Source: Promethearchaeota archaeon
GTDB taxonomy: Archaea > Asgardarchaeota > Lokiarchaeia > Sigyniarchaeales > SOKP01
DNA length: 32,000 bases
Direction: 5' to 3'
Assembly: GCA_030606485.1 (NCBI GenBank)
Contig: JAUWGH010000010.1
Location: forward strand, 49,317 to 81,316
The first letter of the stretch is position 1. Each line of letters opens with the position of its first letter. Below, in pieces: positions 24,891 through 32,000 of this stretch. Made by a program: the position numbers and the translations under genes. The notes under the pieces were generated by a model. That model was not told the origin of the DNA. It ran no database searches and saw nothing but the letters and a program-made list of their open reading frames with translations.

Positions 24891-27800
24891 ATGAGTAATG
24901 ATATTAAAAATAGCAAAGCCTATGAAATTGAAAAGCAAGTAATCATTGATATTGAAGAGGAAATCGGATATAAATTTAATATTCTTGATAAAGAGGAATT
25001 TTTTTATGCATTTCGTCCAATTTTTTATTCATTACTCGATTTAAAAAATGGATGGCCCCCTAATAATGATAAATTGGAAGAGTATCAGGACATAGAAGGT
25101 AAAAGTTTATTAGCAATTGTTATAGAAGCTGATCACATTACTGGACTATCCATTCAAGATGATCCAATAACCCCTATTAAAATCTCACAACTACCTAAAT
25201 CATTTAAGAATTTAAAATTTCTTAAAATTTTGGTTATAGGAAATCGTCATATTATAAATATACATCAATTTTTAGAGCATCTATCGAATTTAGAATTTCT
25301 TTCATTAGCACATACCAGATTGGTGTATGAATCTGGAATTTTTAACAATTTAGAAAACCTTAAAGGTCTAGATCTTGGATATTATTCCAGAAACATTGAT
25401 TTGATTAAGGAAGTTTGTAAAATTACTTCTTTACAAATGTTAGACCTTTCAAGAACAAACTTAAAGGTTATACCAGATTGTTTTCATAATTTATCTAATT
25501 TAAAAATTCTAGATTTGTCAGATAAAAATGATCTTCAATCCTTTCCTAGAAATCTAAAGGAGCTAAATAATTTAGAAATATTAACCTTATATCGAGCAGG
25601 TATTAGTAAAATCCCCGAAGATATTCAATTACCACAAAATCTTAAAGAAATTAACTTTAAACGTAATCCTTTTACAGAATTACCTAACAACTTTGAAGAT
25701 CTGCCAAAATTAGAAAAAATTCAAGTAGATGGTGATGTGATTGCAAACTATATTAGAAAAACCAAAACAGAATTGTATAATGAATTTCAAAAAGATGTTA
25801 AAGATATTAATTTTCACATTCTTTATTCTTTAACTCGAAAGAAGAAAACATTTCTTGATTTATTACTTGAAAATGGGATTAATTATGAAGAAGCTTTACA
25901 TATCTATAAAGACTTACTTCCTCCTATTAAAAAAGGAATTGATCCTTATTTCATAGATTCAGAAGAGGAAAGAGATAGAAAAAAAGCATTTAAAATCCTC
26001 TTAAATAATGATTTAAGATATATTAAATCTTTGCATAATGATTTAAAATGGATTTGTGAAAATCAAATAACTATAAAGAAAGTAGTATTAGAAGAAGATG
26101 ATAAAAAGAGAATAGTTAAGCTAGGCAGATTAAATATTTTTGTTGGAAAGAATAATTCTGGAAAAACTTATACTTTAAAGCAATTGTATGATAAAATTAG
26201 GAAAATAACTCCTGAGGAAGATATGCTTTCTGAAGATGAACCAAGAGATTTTTCTGGTATTGAAGTTGAAAAAAAAGGCGAATATGAACTATTTAAAGAA
26301 GGGGTTGATTGTTTTTACATTCCAAAAAGCAGAATATATAATGATATAGTGACACAAGGTGAGAGAAAGGGTTTTGAAAAATCGTTGAGTGATTTATTAG
26401 ATAATTTTAAGAAATTACAGTCAGAAGCGGATATTTGGTCATTTGATAAAATAATTGAAGTAATTAACTTTTTTAATTCTACTGATGAGGAGATCTCTGA
26501 ATTAGAGTCATCATCAAAAAAATTATTTAATGAGTTCCGTTTAATTTTAAAAAAATGGTTGGATGCACTTCATCTATATTTTCCAGATATCGACCTTAGA
26601 CTTCCAAAGCGTTCTGATTTTAACACAGTATATGAATTTGATTGTAAAGATGCATATATCCCTTCTTTAAGTTATAATTTTAATGAGCTAGGAAGTGGTA
26701 TGCAGGAATTATCTGTATTAATGTTTTTCATAGAACTTTTAAAATACTTGCCACAAATTAGAGCAGGTAAAATAATGGATACGAAAGAATATCATCGTAT
26801 GCTTTTTATTGATGAACCAGATTTAAGTTTACACCCAGAGCTTCAAGAAAAGTTTTTTAATTATCTTATTAATGCATCTCAAAGAATTCAAATTATCTTA
26901 ACAACTCAATCTCCATTTATACCTAAACCAGTTGAGAATCATATTTCTATTAAACTTTTTAGAAAAGACACCACAGGATTTCATTTTGATGAAATAACAA
27001 ATAATAATTTTGTACTTATTCAGGAAGAACTTTTTAGATACCAACCATTAGAAATTGCTTTATATCTCTCAAAAAATAATTATGAATATTTTAAAAAACT
27101 GGATTATAAATCTGAAGAAGTCTCCATGGGATTGTTTACTGAAAAGAGATACTGTAAAGATAAGAACTATTTAGGTCTTTTAAGACTGGGAACCGTAAAT
27201 TGGAATATGGAAGATAGGATATTGCAGAATGCCTACTTTTTAAGTTTTAATCCAAAAACTGTTGATTTAAACGATAGTTTCGATGTAGAACAAAACAATA
27301 AGAAAAGTTTAAGAGTTTTTATTGTTCAGCTTAATAAAATTCCTGATGAAGAAAGAAAGAAACTAATAGATAAATGTAATAAAAACTTAAAAAGTCAAAA
27401 TTCTATTTTAAGATTATTTACTTTATGTACAACAGTATGGGATAAAGAAAAATTAAAAAATTTTATACTTCATTATAATCTGGGACAACAGAATTCTATA
27501 AGTGAAAAAATAAGACAATATCTAAAAGAGATTGAAGAAGATATCATAGAAAATAAAAGTTTAATCCTTTTTTCAGAGAACACTTTACCCTACGCAATTT
27601 TACCATTTTTACTAGACTATTCAAAGAAGAATAAAGTAGTTATTATTGGAGGGATGGAACATTGCACTCTGGGTAATTTTAACAAAATCATAGACAACCT
27701 TAAAAATGAGTTACGAGAAAGATATAAAGATCCAATAAATTACATGGAACTAGAAGTTGACAATCTTATTGACAATGATACTTATCTTAATCAGGCAGTA

Positions 27801-28280
27801 ATAATTAATGCTGATAAATCTTTTACATTTCAGATAAAAAATCTCCCTGTTTATTTTAATTCAATTAAGAGAAGGGAGGGAATTCCAATAATATTAAAAC
27901 CATTATTTAAAAAGATCCAAACTGTTATTGGAAATATTGCAGTATTAATTTGTAAAGATCTTCTTGTAAATTCTGCTGTGATTGACACTTGGATGGATAT
28001 ACACGATATAAAAATACTAGCAACTCCATCTTTCACTAACTTAGTTAATCCTTTTAGAAACAAATTAGGAGAGATTATATCAAATAAAAAGCAAAAAGAT
28101 AAAGTCTTTATTTTTGCAAATATTTCCGAATATGGCGGATCAGGTGCATATAGTTATGTTAATCGGAGAGATTTTGAACCAAATAGAAAGAGTTTATTTC
28201 CATTTTGTTACGAAATTAAAGAAGAAGAATTCCGACATAGTATCGAAAATTGGAGAAAAAAGGATTTTACTTTTCATTAA
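24891..28280 (+). CDS. 1129-aa multidomain protein: N-terminal leucine-rich repeats, ABC-type (AAA_15/AAA_21-like) ATPase, C-terminal carbon-nitrogen hydrolase (nitrilase-fold) domain
   Basis: LRRs LxxLxxLxLxxN at ~25190-25735; Walker A GKNNSGKT (26145-26168); signature LGSGMQEL (26688-); Walker B/D-loop LFIDEPDLSLHP (26802-); switch TTQSP (26901-); nitrilase motifs RVFIVQ (~27312), LFSE896N, QIK983, LIC1021KD, ANISEYGGS. Confidence 0.88.
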   Translation: MSNDIKNSKAYEIEKQVIIDIEEEIGYKFNILDKEEFFYAFRPIFYSLLDLKNGWPPNNDKLEEYQDIEGKSLLAIVIEADHITGLSIQDDPITPIKISQLPKSFKNLKFLKILVIGNRHIINIHQFLEHLSNLEFLSLAHTRLVYESGIFNNLENLKGLDLGYYSRNIDLIKEVCKITSLQMLDLSRTNLKVIPDCFHNLSNLKILDLSDKNDLQSFPRNLKELNNLEILTLYRAGISKIPEDIQLPQNLKEINFKRNPFTELPNNFEDLPKLEKIQVDGDVIANYIRKTKTELYNEFQKDVKDINFHILYSLTRKKKTFLDLLLENGINYEEALHIYKDLLPPIKKGIDPYFIDSEEERDRKKAFKILLNNDLRYIKSLHNDLKWICENQITIKKVVLEEDDKKRIVKLGRLNIFVGKNNSGKTYTLKQLYDKIRKITPEEDMLSEDEPRDFSGIEVEKKGEYELFKEGVDCFYIPKSRIYNDIVTQGERKGFEKSLSDLLDNFKKLQSEADIWSFDKIIEVINFFNSTDEEISELESSSKKLFNEFRLILKKWLDALHLYFPDIDLRLPKRSDFNTVYEFDCKDAYIPSLSYNFNELGSGMQELSVLMFFIELLKYLPQIRAGKIMDTKEYHRMLFIDEPDLSLHPELQEKFFNYLINASQRIQIILTTQSPFIPKPVENHISIKLFRKDTTGFHFDEITNNNFVLIQEELFRYQPLEIALYLSKNNYEYFKKLDYKSEEVSMGLFTEKRYCKDKNYLGLLRLGTVNWNMEDRILQNAYFLSFNPKTVDLNDSFDVEQNNKKSLRVFIVQLNKIPDEERKKLIDKCNKNLKSQNSILRLFTLCTTVWDKEKLKNFILHYNLGQQNSISEKIRQYLKEIEEDIIENKSLILFSENTLPYAILPFLLDYSKKNKVVIIGGMEHCTLGNFNKIIDNLKNELRERYKDPINYMELEVDNLIDNDTYLNQAVIINADKSFTFQIKNLPVYFNSIKRREGIPIILKPLFKKIQTVIGNIAVLICKDLLVNSAVIDTWMDIHDIKILATPSFTNLVNPFRNKLGEIISNKKQKDKVFIFANISEYGGSGAYSYVNRRDFEPNRKSLFPFCYEIKEEEFRHSIENWRKKDFTFH

Positions 28281-28498
28281 TTTTAAACCAGTAATTTTAC
28301 CATAGTTATGGATTTATTGCACAAAACAAATTCAATTAGAAATTATAAGAATCTACTTATTAAGTATAAATTGGTCTTCATAAAGGAAGAGATAATCTCA
28401 TTGAACCTATAGATGAAACTCAATTGTATTAAAACAATTTTCTTATTCTAACATTTGAAATGTGATAACATTTAAAAAAAATCTTAGAATATTTAATT

Positions 28499-28651
28499 TC
28501 AATATTCTTTTTGCTTTAAAAATTCATCAATCGCCCGTTTAGTGACTTCGGTCCTATTTTCAAGGCCCATCCCTCTACCTTTCTCCTCAATGAACTTATC
28601 GATTCGCTCCACCATCTCTTTCGGCAATTTAATGATTTTTTTTTGGCTCAT
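28499..28651 (-). CDS. Ribbon-helix-helix (CopG/NikR-like) transcriptional regulator, 50 aa (absent from the ORF track)
   Basis: Hand translation: MSQKKIIKLPKEMVERIDKFIEEKGRGMGLENRTEVTKRAIDEFLKQKEY*; canonical I-x-L-P..M..ID..G..NRxE...AI..FL pattern. Confidence 0.85.
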   Translation of the reverse strand: MSQKKIIKLPKEMVERIDKFIEEKGRGMGLENRTEVTKRAIDEFLKQKEY

Positions 28652-28697
28652 TGTAAATATTAATTTTTAAAAATAGTTATATTTAGGTCAATTTTGG

Positions 28698-28717
28698 TTT
28701 ATATAAAGATTTATATA
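28698..28717. promoter_or_regulatory. Candidate archaeal TATA boxes for the divergent RHH / 28810 pair
   Basis: Palindromic TTTATATAAA (28698-28707) and a second TTTATATA (28710-28717) between the divergent starts. In AT-rich DNA this is weak evidence. Confidence 0.35.
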
Positions 28718-28809
28718 TAGGTAAAGAGAATATAGCTAATAGATAACTAATGATTACCCGAACCTTTCTTTGTTTAAATCTATCTTTATAATATGCAAAT
28801 TGTAAAAAT

Positions 28810-29088
28810 ATGGAAATTAAAAAATTAAGTGAAATCTTAAAAAATAATAAAGTCTCTGAAATAAGATGGGAATTAAGATATTTTCAAAATGGTCAAATAA
28901 TTATTAAAGAATATATAATTAAAATAAAGGAAATAAGATTTTGGGATGTTAGTTTCAATAAATATCTTTTTTTGCATTATATTGACTCTGAAAACGGATT
29001 TTGTAAAATTATTTTAATTATAGATTTCATTAACGAAATCCTAACAAATGATGTTTCTAATGATAAGTGCAATTATATTCATAGTTAA
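28810..29088 (+). CDS. Hypothetical protein, 92 aa
   Basis: ORF track; ATG start, divergent from the RHH gene; no motif. Confidence 0.5.
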   Translation: MEIKKLSEILKNNKVSEIRWELRYFQNGQIIIKEYIIKIKEIRFWDVSFNKYLFLHYIDSENGFCKIILIIDFINEILTNDVSNDKCNYIHS

Positions 29089-29518
29089 ATTGGAATAAAA
29101 TCATATGAAGGTGTTAAATATCATTACTAATGAATTTTTATATTCATATTTCAAAAAAAAATTATAAAATAAGATCCCTTTTGGTAGGTGATACTTATAA
29201 TAATGTGACTATACTAATATAATACCTCGTAAAGGATTAAACGAAATATTTACTAAATAATATAATTAATATAAAAATCTTTTTCAAGATATTTCCTTTC
29301 TTTAAAATAATTTGTCATCGGAAATTAAGGGGCTTTACTTTAACTTGATTTAAAGATTCTTATTTTAGAAGATCAAGATATAAATAATAATCCGATTATC
29401 TCATCATCACTGAAAATATTTAATCATAAAATACCCAAAATATCTTAGTAAATTAAAGATTTTTTAAAGTTAGATACAAATTTTATTGTAAACCTTTTTA
29501 TCTTAATTTTTTAATCTT

Positions 29519-30973
29519 TTATTTATTTTTTTTTAATATATTCCACTTAAAATTTAAATTAATATTTTTTTTCAAGAAATCCAATTTTTCATTAATACGA
29601 TTTATGAAAAATTCATAATCTTTAAGAGAAAATATATTAGTATCAACCCCATTTAATAAAAATTGAAAAAATTCGTTAATTGATTGATCGTCTTTAATTT
29701 CAAATATCACATCATTTAAAGCTTTTGAGATTATATCTTTTTTATTCCCCTTTTGGGCATTTAATTCTGATTTTATTTCTCTTTCTGTTTCACTTCTTAT
29801 TCTTGCAAATAATTCAATCATTTCTAGTAATTTATTGTGATTTTCCTGGATTCTATTATAATAATCTTCTGATAATATATTATATAATCTTAATTTGCTT
29901 TCTTCAGATAAGTATATAAAAATATTAATAAAAGAATTTAGACACTGGTAAGTTTTGTAAATAAAATAAACGGAATTATTACTAATTCCATCATTATTTT
30001 TATCTAAATCTATAGAAGGAATTTTTTTGATTTTATTAAATTCCGAATTATAATCATTAAATCTAAGATCCTCCTCAAATTTATTAATAAATTTAATTAT
30101 TGATTTTATAATTTCAATATTTTCTCTATATTAACTCTCAGTTTTAACCATAAATATAAAATGTTCATTGAATATTGCTTTAAAACTATATATTGCATCT
30201 TTCCAACGATTATATTCAATTTTACTTATAAAATCCGTAATAATTTCATCTTCATCTTTATGAATGTCCGAATAATGATATTGTGTGAATAATTCCATAA
30301 AATAAATCAATTTAACTTTAACTTCTAATTTTTTCCAATCAAACAATATAGAAGTATTTAAAATTATAATAGGGATTAAAAAAAATAAATTAAGTAGAAG
30401 CAAGATGAAGTTGTTATTTATAATATTATCATAAATAGCACAATTAATTAAAATTAAAATCAGGAGAGTAGATAGTAAAAATTTATTCTCTTTCTTAATG
30501 AATTGTTTTAATAAAAATTTAATCCCTAAAAACAGGAAATTAATTATTAAAAAAAAAAATAACGTTTCAACCCCCCAAAAGATAAAATAAAGGAAAAGTA
30601 AAGAAAGTAAAAACAAAAATTTTGATAAAAATTGATCTCTTTCTTTTAATATAAAGATATGGTTAAAATTCTCTTTAAATTGAGCGTCTTTATAATCTGG
30701 ATATTCTTCTTTATTAAGAAAATTCATCCAATATTTAAATAGGAAACTCTCAATATTTATATAGAATAGAAAAGTAGCGTTTAGAAATGCAATAATAATT
30801 AAAATAAAATATTTTGAAAAAATATCATCTAAATTGGAAGGGACTTCTAAAGAAATTAATCCAATCTTAGTAAAAATAAAAAACAATAATGAAAATGAGA
30901 AAAAAAGATAAATAGCTTTAAGGGTGGTTTTGGATTGAAGATTTTTAAATTGATCTAAAATGATTGTAGACAT
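29519..30973 (-). pseudogene. Membrane-protein gene split by one in-frame TAA (30133-30131): N-terminal multi-TM part (track 30131-30973) and soluble helical part (track 29519-29821)
   Basis: Hand translation: after ..VKTES* the same frame stays open for 103 codons (YRENIEIIKS..NKLLE) directly into the ATG at 29821; 30130-29821 = 309 nt. Confidence 0.75.
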
Positions 30974-31231
30974 TTTTTTATTCTGATATTATTAAAAATT
31001 AATAGTATTTGGAATATTTAAGGTGAATGGAGTTTAAATTTATTAAATCATCAAATTTAAGATTTTTATCCTTACAATATCAACTTTCAATTGGATAATC
31101 TTGTGTTAAATTATAAGATTCTTTGATATACAGATTTTATATATTCTCCAAAAATTTCATTCTTCAACTAAAAGATAAATTATAATTCCAATAAAACATT
31201 ATTATTTACTACTAAAACAAAAAGAAAGAAA

Positions 31232-31396
31232 ATGAAATTTAAGAAGAACAACTTAAGTTTAAAATGGAATAACAAAAAATTAAGTTGGAAAATAAATACC
31301 CCGAAAGAATTAGAGAAAAATAAGGTATTTTTTCAATGTCCAAATTGTGTAAAAGGAATTGTAAGTAACTTTGAAAAATTAATAGGAATTTTGTAA
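31232..31396 (+). CDS. Short ORF (54 aa) with one CxxC; possible Zn-ribbon remnant
   Basis: Hand translation MKFKKNNLSLKWNNKKLSWKINTPKELEKNKVFFQCPNCVKGIVSNFEKLIGIL*. Confidence 0.3.
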   Translation: MKFKKNNLSLKWNNKKLSWKINTPKELEKNKVFFQCPNCVKGIVSNFEKLIGIL

Positions 31397-31424
31397 AATT
31401 AATTGGAATATCTGATCTTCTATT

Positions 31425-32000
31425 ATGAACAAAAATCAAAATGATAAAGATCCAAAAGAAATGTTTGAATCTTTAGTATTCGAACATAAAAGAAAACTTA
31501 GTAATAGATTACAAAATTATATTACTTATGGGGTTAGTAGAGTAGATCATTATGAAAATCAGAAAAAAATATTTCTTGAAATGAATTTCACGATAATGAT
31601 TATTTTAGGTGCTATTTTGTCTGTATTTTTTGGTTTTTTGGATGATAAAGGAAAATGGATTATCTTTATCATATTAATCGCTTATTCTGTGCTTACCATT
31701 TTAAATATATTATTTAATTTAGAAGAACATTCAACCAAGTCCTTCAGAATAATGACTCGATATGATAAAGTTATTAAATTTATATTTAGATGTAAGGATA
31801 TCGAAGATGTGTTAAAAGAAGATGAAGGTTGGAATTCCTTATGGTTTTATAGAGGTAATATTTTAAGTAAAATGGATTTTGAAAGCTTATATAATTTTGC
31901 TACGGAGAGATTTAAAGGTAAAGTGAATCGAAATAACAACAAGAATATAATAGATTTATCAAATCAATTAATTAGAGATGATATTAAAGAGTTATATAAA
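31425..32000 (+). CDS. Gene running off the right edge; two-TM hairpin followed by a soluble domain
   Basis: Hand translation open for 192 codons from ATG 31425; TM1 MNFTIMIILGAILSVFFGFL, TM2 WIIFIILIAYSVLTILNILF. Confidence 0.8.
   Translation, partial: MNKNQNDKDPKEMFESLVFEHKRKLSNRLQNYITYGVSRVDHYENQKKIFLEMNFTIMIILGAILSVFFGFLDDKGKWIIFIILIAYSVLTILNILFNLEEHSTKSFRIMTRYDKVIKFIFRCKDIEDVLKEDEGWNSLWFYRGNILSKMDFESLYNFATERFKGKVNRNNNKNIIDLSNQLIRDDIKELYK

Noticed and set aside
24481-30133. Alternative genetic code (TAA read-through) suggested by in-frame TAA codons
   Set aside because: Most intact genes in the window end in TAA, and long genes contain no internal TAA; pseudogenisation or base-call error is simpler.
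31065-31075. TTTATCCTTAC, an 11-bp match to the end of elements A and B
   Set aside because: No partner arm or internal motifs nearby; on the minus strand it reads as ordinary codons (C-K-D-K) of a decayed frame, and a match this short is plausible by chance.
27851-31439. Track ORFs 27851-28063(-), 28114-28305(+), 29725-29919(+), 31239-31439(-)
   Set aside because: Shadows of the fusion gene, the split membrane gene, or the plus-strand ORFs at the right end.

Overview
Very AT-rich prokaryotic accessory region with no housekeeping genes, and no rRNA, tRNA, CRISPR array, integrase or transposase that I can recognise. The gene content (LRR and TPR proteins, small Zn-ribbon proteins, ribbon-helix-helix regulators, a Regnase/Zc3h12a-like PIN/NYN nuclease, GGAGGTGA-type SD sites, TTTATATA boxes) looks archaeal, most like Asgard (Lokiarchaeota-type) DNA; this is inference from protein style, not a database result. 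The window reads as a defence/conflict island in partial decay. Main points: (1) a 1129-aa LRR + ABC-type ATPase + nitrilase (Glu-Lys-Cys) fusion at 24891-28280; (2) a compact OAS/cGAS-like (CD-NTase-like) nucleotidyltransferase at 8589-9269, which with one partner gene forms a ~1.7-kb cassette bracketed by a 93-bp direct repeat of the 3' end of a Zn-ribbon gene (att-like topology); (3) two related, palindrome-ended intergenic elements (6389-6532, 9449-9552); (4) an 869-aa protein with a duplicated uncharacterised domain; (5) stand-alone PD-(D/E)XK nuclease, NYN RNase, GGCT-fold and TPR-array genes; (6) several gene remnants, including a ~484-codon gene split by one in-frame TAA. Features missing from the ORF track were read by hand: a minus-strand ORF running off the left edge (start 223), a 50-aa RHH gene (28499-28651) and a 2TM ORF running off the right edge (start 31425). 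All family assignments come from motif recognition by eye.
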